Assembly: GCA_965219455.1 (NCBI GenBank)
Contig: OZ244744.1
Span: 4,928,001-4,992,000, forward strand
DNA length: 64,000 nt
Direction of reading: 5' to 3'
Origin: Candidatus Latescibacterota bacterium
Lineage (GTDB): Bacteria; Latescibacterota; UBA2968; GCA-2709665
Position 1 is the first letter of the stretch. The number at the start of each line of letters is the position of its first letter. A program made the translations under genes and the position numbers. The notes under the pieces were generated by a model. That model was not told where the DNA came from, ran no database searches, and saw nothing but the letters and a program-made list of their open reading frames with translations. Of the stretch, positions 9,524-18,327 are shown piece after piece.

Positions 9524-9936
9524 ATACCAATGTCCTGCTGTATGCTGTCAGCGAGGTCTCGGAGGAGGCCGACAAGCGAGCGCGGGCGCTGGAAGTCCTG
9601 ACGGAACCCGACCTCGCCGCGTCAGTTCAGGTGCTGCAGGAGTTCTATTACCAGGCCACCCGGCCGACACGGATCCGCAGTCTTTCCGGCAATCGAGCTT
9701 TGCAATTCCTGGAGCCGATTCTGCTGTTCCGGATTCAGACCATGACGATGGACGTTTTTCTCGAGGCCATCGCCATCAGCCATCGTTTCCGGCTGTCCTA
9801 TTGGGACGGCGCAATTCTCGCCGCGGCCCGCGCCCTGGGTTGCGATGCCGTGTATTCCGAAAATATGAGTACGGAACAGGACTACGATGGCCTCCGGGTC
9901 ATAAACCCGTTCACGGACCAGCAGGCTTCACGGTGA
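9511..9936 (+). CDS. PIN-domain toxin (VapC-like), copy 1
   Basis: FVDTNVLLYA...QVLQEFY...LSYWDGAILAAA...YSEN. Confidence 0.92.
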   Translation: MRFVDTNVLLYAVSEVSEEADKRARALEVLTEPDLAASVQVLQEFYYQATRPTRIRSLSGNRALQFLEPILLFRIQTMTMDVFLEAIAISHRFRLSYWDGAILAAARALGCDAVYSENMSTEQDYDGLRVINPFTDQQASR

Positions 9937-9962
9937 ACGCCGACACTTCCGAACGCCTTTAA
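9933..9962 (+). pseudogene. hsdR 5' head remnant coupled to the PIN stop
   Basis: GTGA overlap; reads (M)NADTSERL*, like the hsdR start MTTTDTTERGL. Confidence 0.55.
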
Positions 9963-10025
9963 CATGGTAATTGTGACACGAAGAAGATTCACTAAGTTCA
10001 TAATTTATACGAGGTGTTGTGCCAG

Positions 10026-10451
10026 ATGAGCCACTCGACTCCACACTGGAGGTACAGATTCTCCAACTACAAGCGGGCCTTTACGCTGCTGCGGGAGGCG
10101 ATAGAGACGATGAGTGAGTCCGGACTGAGCCAACTTGAAAAGGAAGGAACCATCCAGAGGTTCGAATACACGATGGAACTTGCGTGGAATGTCATGAAAG
10201 ACTATTTGGAGCACGAGGGCGTCGTCTTTGACCAAACCACCCCGAGGAACGTCATCAGAAAGGCCTTCGAGACCAACCTAACCAGGCACGGGAGGGTATG
10301 GATGGACGCACTCGATGCTCGAAACAAGATGTCCCACACCTACAATTTCCAGCAATTTGAAGAGGTAATAGAGAATATCCGCAGCCGATATCTTGCCGCT
10401 ATGGAAGACCTTCACCTGGTTCTTTTGGAGAAGGAGGCGGACACTGACTGA
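10026..10451 (+). CDS. HEPN / nucleotidyltransferase substrate-binding protein (HI0074 family), copy 1
   Basis: IQRFEYTMELAW..MK, RNKMSHTY (Rx4H). Confidence 0.9.
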   Translation: MSHSTPHWRYRFSNYKRAFTLLREAIETMSESGLSQLEKEGTIQRFEYTMELAWNVMKDYLEHEGVVFDQTTPRNVIRKAFETNLTRHGRVWMDALDARNKMSHTYNFQQFEEVIENIRSRYLAAMEDLHLVLLEKEADTD

Positions 10452-10785
10452 CCACGGACTTTTCGATGAGGAGCTCGAGACGATTCGGGCCGTTTTGGCC
10501 AACTTCGCCGATGAGATCACACAGGTTGACCTGTTCGGATCAAGGGCCACGGGAAACTACCGAGGGAATTCCGATGTTGATCTTGTAGTTCACGGAGATG
10601 TCAAGGATACCACCATCGACAGACTGTGGACTTTGTTCAACGAGAGCAATCTGCCCTTCTCGGTTGATGTTGCCAGCTATGAAAGCATGACACATCGCCC
10701 CCTGAAGGAGCATGTCGACGCTGTTGGGCAATGCCTGTTTTCGGCTCAGGAGATCCGGAAAGGCAAGAAAACGCGGGGCACATAG
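10444..10785 (+). CDS. Minimal nucleotidyltransferase (MNT), copy 1
   Basis: LFGSRATGNYRGNSDVDL; AAGGAGG RBS, but the start is CTG here versus TTG in copy 2. Confidence 0.85.
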   Translation: MTDHGLFDEELETIRAVLANFADEITQVDLFGSRATGNYRGNSDVDLVVHGDVKDTTIDRLWTLFNESNLPFSVDVASYESMTHRPLKEHVDAVGQCLFSAQEIRKGKKTRGT

Positions 10786-10902
10786 ACGCACCAAAGCGCG
10801 TTCCAGTTACCCTCTTTGGTGCCGATGACTCATGGTTTCCGAGTGCTTGAGATCGGGTATTGACGCAGTCCTGAAGAGTGCCTTCGGCAGGATTGAAGTT
10901 GA

Positions 10903-11475
10903 ATGACCACCACAGACACCACCGAACGCGGGCTTGAACGCCTGATTTGCACCGCCCTGACGGGCCAGGACGGTCCCGCGCGGCGCGGTTTCCTGACCCG
11001 GCTCCAGGGCGAAGTCAGCAAACGCGGAACCATCGACGTACTGCGCAACGGGATCAAGCACCAGGCAATGCAAAAGATCATGCTGGCGGACGAGGATGCC
11101 GAGATCGATCCGGTACCCACGGCCGGCGGGGAGCATCACCCTGAACCGGAATTGGATCGGCTCTCCAACATACTCCGAGTCTTCAACGAATACTTTGGTG
11201 ACATTGAATGGGAAGATGAAGACCGCGTGCGGCAACTCATCATAGAGACGATTCCGGCCCGCGTCGCCGCCGATACAGCGTTCCGGAACGCACGGGAGAA
11301 CTCCGACCGGCAGAATGCCCGGATCGAGCACGACAAGGCGCTTGTGCGGGTGATGACCGGAGTGATGCGTGACGACACCGAACTGTTCAAACTGTACATG
11401 GATAACCCGGGCCTCAATCGCTGGATGGCCGATACCGTGTTCAGCCTTGCCTACGAGCCGACTGTCGCGCCTTAA
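10903..11475 (+). pseudogene. hsdR: Mini-HsdR (190 aa) made by two in-frame deletions
   Basis: N-terminal 22 aa, then GPARRGFL..GIKH, then the C-terminal domain QAMQ...LAYEP; nuclease and helicase motifs absent versus 24690-27700. Confidence 0.9.
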
Positions 11476-11759
11476 CTCACGACTGCGTGAACCGAGGCAA
11501 CGACTCGGTGACGTCGGGCGTTAAAGATATCGGAACGTAGAAGTAGTCATTTCCTGTCGATTATTGGAAGTTAAGACCACGTATCGTGCCGAGATACCCC
11601 TTTCGTTCGACCATTCTTAGCTGTGTTCTTCTTGCACTTCGACTTTGGAGCAAGGAACCGATACGGACGTTGATCCCGCTGTCGCAGAAATCGTGAAATG
11701 GTTGTAAGTGGCCAAAACTTCCGAGAATGCGTATAGTATGTAAAACGTAGGGGATTTCA

Positions 11760-11978
11760 ATGCACAGGTTAACAAAGAAGGAACGTCGAGCATACATCCA
11801 TAGACGATGCTATGAACTAGCACGGACCGGGAATTTTACTAAATGGATTGAGATTGAGCTTCATCTTCGTATTGAAGAAGATTTGCCCGAAGCACGTCAA
11901 GAACTTGATAAGCCATACCTACGAAAGCAACTTGACGAGATTTGTGAGGAACACAGGAAAAAGGATCAGGATAAATGA
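11760..11978 (+). CDS. Small hypothetical helical protein
   Basis: 72-aa ORF in an AT-rich segment (RCYELARTGNFTKWIEIE). Confidence 0.55.
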   Translation: MHRLTKKERRAYIHRRCYELARTGNFTKWIEIELHLRIEEDLPEARQELDKPYLRKQLDEICEEHRKKDQDK

Positions 11979-12113
11979 CCAATTCACATTAGCAAACTGC
12001 CCAGGGTGACAAACCTTTATAAGCCAACAATAAACCACCTGCCTTATATTCTGTATCAGTTCTCCAGATGCCTCCCTCGGTAAGGCTGGAATCTGTACAG
12101 GCGGATAACGTCA

Positions 12114-12568
12114 ATGCCCTTGACTGATGTTGAATTTGCTTCCATCCTGAACGACAATACTAAGCGAATCGCAGATGACGTTATCTGGACCGAGGACGAG
12201 GATCACTCCCCGGCGTTGGAATTCCGCGTAGACGTCACGTCGGAGAGTGGTTGGCCGTTGTTTGTAAAGGGACGTTTTAACTCGGCTGCTCGAACGTTAA
12301 ATTATGCGCTCATTTTGACGACGGAAGGCCGCATATATGGTCTCGACCTTGGAAAGGATCATCACAATCCACAGTGTGATCAGGTCAGGAAAAATACAAG
12401 CATACGTGGTCAGAACGTTACAGCGATAAAGAAGCATATGTGCCCGACGACATAGATGCACCTCTTTTGGATCCGGTGTCAGTTTGGACAGAGTTCTGCG
12501 TTGAAGCAGGCATTCAACATGATGGCATAATGAATGAGCCGCCCGCTATTCAGGTGGAGCTTTGTAAT
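12114..12568 (+). pseudogene. DUF6978-like protein with apparent 1-nt deletions
   Basis: RIYGLDLGKDHHNP..., then shifts frame near the A5 at about 12390 to KHTWSERYSDKEAYVPDDI; a TAATG junction with the next gene needs one more base. Confidence 0.6.
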
Positions 12569-13346
12569 GGACAGCGAAGAATTGTGTCGGAACTTGGAGA
12601 CGGAAATCGGAACCTTGTTCACGTGTTCTGAACAAGGTGAGTATCAGCGAATTCGCACTCCTTATCTATATCCGGATGGCGACAATATCGATCTCTTCTG
12701 TAAGGCGGCCGGTGACGTCATGACGGTAACCGACCTTGCGGAGACCACAGGTTGGCTGCGCATGCAGTCGCCATCTCTACGTCGTTCGCCGAAGCAGAGA
12801 CGGCTTATAGAAGATGCCTGTGTGACGCATGGTATCGAGTTTTACCGCGGGATGCTTCAGGCGCGATGTCGTCAGAGTGATCAGTTGGCGAATGTCGTTA
12901 CACGAGTTGCTCAGGCTGCACTTCGGGTATCCGACCTGTGGTTCACTTTCCGAACTCAGTCGGTCCAATCCATCACGGATGAAGTAGCGGATTTTCTCTC
13001 GGAGCGTGAGTTGGGCTTCGAGCGTTCCGAAAGGCTTGCCGGCCGATCAGGACGCGGTTGGACGGTCGATTTCCACGTCAGGGCGAAGTTTAGAAGCTCG
13101 TTGGTACAGGTGCTTAGCACTGGGAATCGCGCGGCAGGGCACAGAGTCTCCGAGCACGTGTTGGCCGCTTGGCATGATCTGAATCACCTTGCGGTGGGAC
13201 CGGAAGCGTTGACTTTCGTCTCCCTGTTCGATGATACCGCGGATGTCTGGGCAGATGAGGATTTTCGGCTCGTCGAGCCGTTATCCCTGGTTTCTCGCTG
13301 GTCGAGGCCGGATGAGTTTGCCACTGTTGTCAGTGGAGCGGCGTGA
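12567..13346 (+). CDS. DUF1828/DUF1829-like protein
   Basis: RIRTPYLYPDGDNIDL...TDLAET; C-terminal GRSGRGWTVDF resembles a restriction-endonuclease-like fold. Confidence 0.75.
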   Translation: MDSEELCRNLETEIGTLFTCSEQGEYQRIRTPYLYPDGDNIDLFCKAAGDVMTVTDLAETTGWLRMQSPSLRRSPKQRRLIEDACVTHGIEFYRGMLQARCRQSDQLANVVTRVAQAALRVSDLWFTFRTQSVQSITDEVADFLSERELGFERSERLAGRSGRGWTVDFHVRAKFRSSLVQVLSTGNRAAGHRVSEHVLAAWHDLNHLAVGPEALTFVSLFDDTADVWADEDFRLVEPLSLVSRWSRPDEFATVVSGAA

Positions 13347-13572
13347 GAAATGCCATAACTCCGCGCAAGGGCTTGGAAGCCTAACCCGCAGGGCCCTGTT
13401 AGGCCGTTCGTGTTAGCCACGTAAGATATGCGACGCTTTGCTACACAGTGTATGGTCGCTACAAAAATGCCAGCAACTGTTTAATTTCCTCTTTAATAGG
13501 ATTCGTAGACCGTATTTCCTGGATACCACTAAGTGATGAGACCACTTCCACTACGAGTCTCATGTAAAATAT

Positions 13573-13740
13573 CGGCGGGAGCGGGCGCGGATTCAAGCTG
13601 GGACCGCCTATTGCCGATTCTCTGAGCGACGTGATCCTCGGCCGGACGCCCGCGTTCGATCTGCACCCGTTCCGCCCCAGCCGGTTTCTGGAGGGCGAAC
13701 AGTTCTCGTCCGCGTGGGGGGGAGGTAACCGGGGGTGAGG
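13573..13740 (+). repeat. Duplicate 3' end of the FAD oxidoreductase gene (start of RM locus copy 2)
   Basis: Homologous to 5491-5659; encodes GFKLGPPIADSLSDVILGRTPAFDLHPFRPSRFLEGEQFSSAWGGGNRG*. Confidence 0.95.
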
Positions 13741-13943
13741 CGAGCGGAGATCATCTTTAAGGTAACCGAGGCGATCGAAGGCGGATACGATGCCAGAGCG
13801 CCTTGCTGTGACATCTTCACCCAGCGGGACGACCTCAAGGCCTACGGTCCAAGATGCGGTGCGATGTTATTTCGACGAAGGCGGCGCCCGAGGGGTGATT
13901 CGCCTTCATCTCGTTAGAGAAGAGGCCAACCAGGTGTTTTGAT
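13735..13943 (+). pseudogene. HicB-like antitoxin, frameshifted
   Basis: MRRAEIIFKVTEAIEGGYDARA..DIFTQ, then frameshifts; paralog of 6520. Confidence 0.75.
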
Positions 13944-13948
13944 CACCC

Positions 13949-13976
13949 GTAGGGGCGACCGGCCGGTCGCCCCTAC
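13949..13976. repeat. REP palindrome upstream of hsdM
   Basis: Perfect GTAGGGGCGACCGGCCGGTCGCCCCTAC. Confidence 0.9.
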
Positions 13977-13987
13977 AAGGAATCCCG

Positions 13988-16432
13988 ATGACAAGCAACG
14001 CCAACCTGAATTGGATCGCGAATTATATTTGGGGAATCGCAGACGACGTGCTGCGCGATCTGTACGTTCGCGGCAAGTACCGCGACGTGATCCTGCCGAT
14101 GACCGTTCTGCGACGGCTCGACGCGGTGCTGGAGGATAGCAAGCAGGCGGTCCTGGACATGCAGGCTTCACTCGACAAAATCGGCTTGGTCGACCAACAC
14201 GAACCCCTGCGTCAGGCGGCGGGACAGGACTTTTACAATACCTCCAGGTTCACGCTGCGCGACCTGCGCGCGCGCGCCAATCGCCAGCAGCTCGAGGCCG
14301 ACTTCCGGGCCTGGCTGGACGGGTTCTCGCCCAACGTCCAGGACATCCTCGAAAACTTCGAGTTCCGCAACCAGGTTTCGCGGTTGTCCAGGGCCGATGC
14401 CCTGGGCACGCTGATCGAAAAACTCACCTCGCCCGACATCAACCTGAGCCCAGCCCCGGTGCGCAACGCCGACGGCTCGGTCAGGCACCCCGGCCTCGAC
14501 AACCACGGTATGGGGACGATCTTCGAAGAGTTGATCCGGCGCTTCAACGAGGAGAACAACGAGGAGGCGGGCGAGCATTGGACCCCGCGCGACGCCGTGA
14601 CCCTGATGGCGAAGCTGGTCTTCCTGCCCGTCGCCGACCGGATCAAGTCCGGCACCTACCTGATCTACGACGGAGCCTGCGGCACCGGCGGCATGTTGAC
14701 CGTGGCCGAGGACGTGCTTCAGTTGCTCGCCGCCGAGCGCGGCAAGCAGGTCTCCACCCACCTCTATGGCCAGGAGATCAATGCGGAGACGTACGCCATC
14801 TGCAAGGCCGACCTGTTGCTGAAGGGTGAAGGGGACGCCGCCGACAACATTGTGGGGGGCCCGGAGCACTCCACCCTGTCCAACGACGCCTTCCCGTCCC
14901 GCGAGTTCGACTTCATGCTCTCCAATCCGCCCTACGGCAAGAGCTGGAAGACCGATCTGGAGCGCATGGGCGGCAAGAAGGAGATGCGGGATCCGCGCTT
15001 TGTGATCGAGCACGCGGGCGATCCCGAATATTCCCTGGTCACCCGCTCCAGCGACGGCCAGATGCTCTTTCTCGCCAACAAGCTCTCCAAGATGAAGGAG
15101 GGCGGGAGCCGCATCGCCGAGGTACACAACGGCAGTTCCTTGTTCACCGGAGACGCCGGCCAGGGCGAGAGCAACATCCGGCGTTGGATCATCGAAAACG
15201 ACTGGCTGGAGGCGATCGTCGCCCTGCCGCTCAACATGTTCTACAACACCGGGATCGCCACTTACGTCTGGGTGCTAACCAACCGCAAGCCAGAGCATCG
15301 CAAGGGCAAGGTGCAGTTGATCGACGCCACCGGGTGGTACCGCCCGCTGCGCAAGAATCTGGGCAAGAAAAATTGCGAGCTCGGCGAAGAGGACAATCAG
15401 CGTATCTGCGACACCTTCCTCGCCTTTGAGGAAAGCGAGCAGAGCAAGATCTTCGACAACGCCGCCTTCGGCTACTGGAAGGTGACGGTCGAGCGTCCGT
15501 TGCGGCTCGAAGGGATTGACCCCAATCGCGCCTACAAGGCCGCCGAAATTAAGAAACTGAAAGAGAGTAGTGAGCGCAACGAAACCGCGCCGCCCGTCAT
15601 CAAGAAGATCCACAAGAAAGGCACCGAGGCTGACCCACTGCGCGGCCGGTTCGAGGTCACTATCAACGGCAGGCCTGCGGTGGTCGAATACGAACCGGAC
15701 ACCGATCTGCGCGACACAGAACAGATTCCGCTCCAGGAAGAGGGCGCCATCGAAGCCTTCCTCCGGCGAGAGGTCCTGCCCTATGCCGCTGACGCGTGGT
15801 ACCAACCGGACAGCGTGAAGATCGGCTACGAGATCAGCTTCACGCGATATTTCTACAAACCTCAGCCTATGCGGACCTTGGAGGAGATCCGGGCGGACAT
15901 CCTGGCGCTGGAACAAGAAACCGTCGGATTGCTCGACGATCTGCCGATGGTGCGCGAACCGTCGGTTGTGTACGGCAAGCCGCGCATCTACGTGGATACC
16001 TCGGTGATCGGCGGGTGTCTGGACGAGGAGTTTCGCGAACCCTCATGCCGGTTGATCGAGAAGTGCGCTCGTGGAGAGATGACGCTGGTGGTGTCGTCGG
16101 TCACGTTGGAGGAACTGGAAGCCGCGCCGCGAGCCGTCCGCAATGTACTGCGGTCCATCCCTCTCGAGAACCTGGAGAGAGTCGAAGTGACGGAAGAAGT
16201 GCAGAATCTGGCGGATCGGTATATTGAGAGCAGCGCGCTCGCGGAGCCGATGCGCACAGATGCCGAGCACATCGCCGCCGCCACCGTGGCCGGCGTGGAC
16301 GTGCTAGCGAGCTGGAACTTCCGGCACATGGTGAACCTGTGGCGAATCAGGATGTACAACGCGGTGAACCGGCGCATGGGATACCCCCCGGTGGACATGC
16401 GCAGCCCAAAGGAGCTTGTAAATGAAGAATAG
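13988..16432 (+). CDS. hsdM: Type I RM methyltransferase HsdM fused to a C-terminal PIN domain
   Basis: GEHWTPR, YDGACGTGG, SNPPYG (m6A), end motif IRADILALEQE; continues in frame into IYVDTSVIGG...DAEHIAAA...SWNFRHMVN. Confidence 0.92.
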   Translation: MTSNANLNWIANYIWGIADDVLRDLYVRGKYRDVILPMTVLRRLDAVLEDSKQAVLDMQASLDKIGLVDQHEPLRQAAGQDFYNTSRFTLRDLRARANRQQLEADFRAWLDGFSPNVQDILENFEFRNQVSRLSRADALGTLIEKLTSPDINLSPAPVRNADGSVRHPGLDNHGMGTIFEELIRRFNEENNEEAGEHWTPRDAVTLMAKLVFLPVADRIKSGTYLIYDGACGTGGMLTVAEDVLQLLAAERGKQVSTHLYGQEINAETYAICKADLLLKGEGDAADNIVGGPEHSTLSNDAFPSREFDFMLSNPPYGKSWKTDLERMGGKKEMRDPRFVIEHAGDPEYSLVTRSSDGQMLFLANKLSKMKEGGSRIAEVHNGSSLFTGDAGQGESNIRRWIIENDWLEAIVALPLNMFYNTGIATYVWVLTNRKPEHRKGKVQLIDATGWYRPLRKNLGKKNCELGEEDNQRICDTFLAFEESEQSKIFDNAAFGYWKVTVERPLRLEGIDPNRAYKAAEIKKLKESSERNETAPPVIKKIHKKGTEADPLRGRFEVTINGRPAVVEYEPDTDLRDTEQIPLQEEGAIEAFLRREVLPYAADAWYQPDSVKIGYEISFTRYFYKPQPMRTLEEIRADILALEQETVGLLDDLPMVREPSVVYGKPRIYVDTSVIGGCLDEEFREPSCRLIEKCARGEMTLVVSSVTLEELEAAPRAVRNVLRSIPLENLERVEVTEEVQNLADRYIESSALAEPMRTDAEHIAAATVAGVDVLASWNFRHMVNLWRIRMYNAVNRRMGYPPVDMRSPKELVNEE

Positions 16433-16658
16433 TGAGAGCAGCGCAAAGGCTTTCGACTGCGTAAAGTGGACGCGCGAGATCCGGGACCGGATCAACGCGA
16501 AACTGGAGGGGATGTCCCCGGAAGAGCGGCGTCGGCGGCTCAATGCGGCTGTCCGCAAGGATCCCTACTTTGCTCGCATTCCGAAGTCCCGGGTTGTGCG
16601 ACCTTGGCAGGACGATGGGGCAAGCGACGGCGGCCGATCCGGCGCCGAGGGCGATTGA
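16422..16658 (+). CDS. Putative antitoxin of the HsdM-fused PIN
   Basis: Overlaps the fusion stop; KAFDCVKWTREIRDRI...MSPEE, a small-protein type seen after SWNF-type PINs. Confidence 0.65.
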   Translation: MKNSESSAKAFDCVKWTREIRDRINAKLEGMSPEERRRRLNAAVRKDPYFARIPKSRVVRPWQDDGASDGGRSGAEGD

Positions 16659-16693
16659 TGATGAAGATCGGGAAGGGAACGAAGGCTCTCGGC

Positions 16694-16816
16694 GCAAGCT
16701 GGAACTTCAGGCACATGGTGAACTGGCGGCGCATTAGAGTGTACAACGAGGTCAATCGTCAAAATGGATACCCCGCTATTGACATTCGCACGCCGGAGGA
16801 AATCGTCCATGATTGA
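16694..16816 (+). pseudogene. Second PIN, C-terminal remnant only
   Basis: ASWNFRHMVNWRRIRVYNEVNRQNGYPAIDIRTPEE, paralogous to 16306-16432. Confidence 0.85.
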
Positions 16817-17024
16817 AGACCCCCGCCACAAAAAGAATTTCGACTGTGTAGAATTCATGCGCCTGGCCCGCGCCCGCATTACCGCCGAAACCGCCGACAT
16901 GACTGCTGACGAACGGATAGCGTGGTTCAATTCCAGGCGGTATTCGGACCCCGTGCTGGAAGCATTGGCCGCGCGGATACGCAAATCGACGCAGGACAGG
17001 CCAACAGATCGTCGCGACGGCTGA
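16809..17024 (+). CDS. Second putative antitoxin (paralog of 16422)
   Basis: KNFDCVEFMRLARARITAETADMTADERIAWF. Confidence 0.65.
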   Translation: MIEDPRHKKNFDCVEFMRLARARITAETADMTADERIAWFNSRRYSDPVLEALAARIRKSTQDRPTDRRDG

Positions 17025-17074
17025 CCCGAAGGGAAACTAAAGCGCAAGGGCGAGCGATGCCCTGCAATATGGAC

Positions 17075-17640
17075 GGAAGACCCGGAGAATCCTGCCGTCA
17101 GGGACGTCCAGGATCCATACGCTGTAGGGGCGACCGGCCGGTCGCCCGCAGTGGGCCACGACCCGGGTCAGTCTGCGCGATGATGGCCGTATTCAAATCT
17201 GCCGCAACCAAACGGATCAACGCCATGCGCGGCACGCTACGAACACGTTTTCCGGAATGAATCCGTGCTGGATCGGATTCGACAACACATCGCGGATAAC
17301 CCGGCGGGATGGTTTGAAGACCCGGAGAATCCTTCCGTCAGGGACGTCCAGGATCCACTCGGCGCACGGGCGACCGGCCGGTCGCCCCTACATTAGTGAA
17401 TGATGATGACGTCAAACCCTGACCAAACACATTAACGCCATGCGCCGCACGCCCGGTGCGCCGGTATGGCAGCGCAATTACTACGAACACGTTATCCGGA
17501 ACGAATCCGCGCTGGATCGGATTCGGCAATACATCGCACATAACCCGGCCGGATGGTCTGAAGACCCGGAGAATCCTGCCATCAGGGATGTCCAGGAACA
17601 ATTCGGCATAGGGGCGACCGGCCGGTCGCCCGCATTGGTA
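17075..17640 (+). mobile_element. Tandem RAYT C-terminal fragments interleaved with REPs (17124-17147, 17368-17391, 17608-17631)
   Basis: GPRPGSV.AMMAVFKSAATKRINAMR; TPGAPVWQRNYYEHVIRNESALDRIRQYIAHNP; the repeat gaagacccggagaatcct..cc.tcaggga.gtccagga occurs three times. Confidence 0.88.
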
Positions 17641-17670
17641 TATAATTCGATTACCGTAGATCTCGAATTT

Positions 17671-17769
17671 TACCCTGGGCCGCTGCACACGCTGGGAGAG
17701 ATTCGGGATGATATTATAGCCCTTGAGAAAGAGCCGGAGGGGTTGTTGGACGAAATTCTGAGGGCATAA
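17671..17769 (+). pseudogene. hsdM 3' tail B
   Basis: PLHTLGEIRDDIIALEKEPEGLLDEILRA*; TAATG overlap with the RAYT start. Confidence 0.8.
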
Positions 17770-18101
17770 TGAACGCCTCCTGCGATCCGGAGAAACATCA
17801 CCGTCGGTCAATCCGATTGCGCAACTACGACTATTCACGAGCCGGCGCATACTTTATCACCGTCTGCACAAAGGGCCAGGAATTACTGTTTGGCGAAGTG
17901 AATAATGGTGAGGTGGAGTTGAACGAATTTGGCCGGATGGCCGCAGAGGAATGGCTAAATTCTGCACGGATCCGCATCGAGATCGAACTGGACGCATGGA
18001 TTGTCATGCCGAACCACGTTCATGGCGTCGTCATAATTGTCAACAAACGCTGTAGGGGCGACCGGCCGGTCGCCCCTGGTTTACGGGCCGGGCCAGGCTA
18101 G
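17769..18101 (+). mobile_element. RAYT N-terminal half, truncated just after an internal REP (18052-18077)
   Basis: HHRRSIRLRNYDYSRAGAYFITVCT...WIVMPNHVHG (HUH motif). Confidence 0.9.
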
Positions 18102-18156
18102 GCCAATGGATAGTCGCGACGCGAGAACGAGGTGACGGTACAGATCTGTAAAAATG

Positions 18157-18237
18157 ATTCACGCCGACATCCACGCGCTGGAACAAGAAGCCGAGGGGAT
18201 GTTGGCGCAGACTATTGGCGACTGCGAAAGGACGTGA
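18157..18237 (+). pseudogene. hsdM 3' tail C
   Basis: IHADIHALEQEAEGMLAQTIG, like IRADILALEQETVGLL. Confidence 0.7.
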
Positions 18238-18327
18238 GCACATTGCGTTTACAGTGTAGGGGAACGCAAATGCGGGGTCGACTCTAAATGGCTACTTACA
18301 TGTGACCCTCTTTCTTTTGGTGCCAAG

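Noticed and set aside
12385-12400. Programmed frameshift in the DUF6978-like gene
   Set aside because: A second indel near the stop points to decay or sequencing error, and no stimulatory structure is evident.
11470-13420. Bona fide integron
   Set aside because: No intI or attI, and the attC-like sites are non-canonical; kept only as a weak finding.
17075-17640. CRISPR array from regularly spaced palindromes
   Set aside because: Spacing is about 240 bp, the intervening DNA is repeated RAYT coding sequence, and there are no cas genes.
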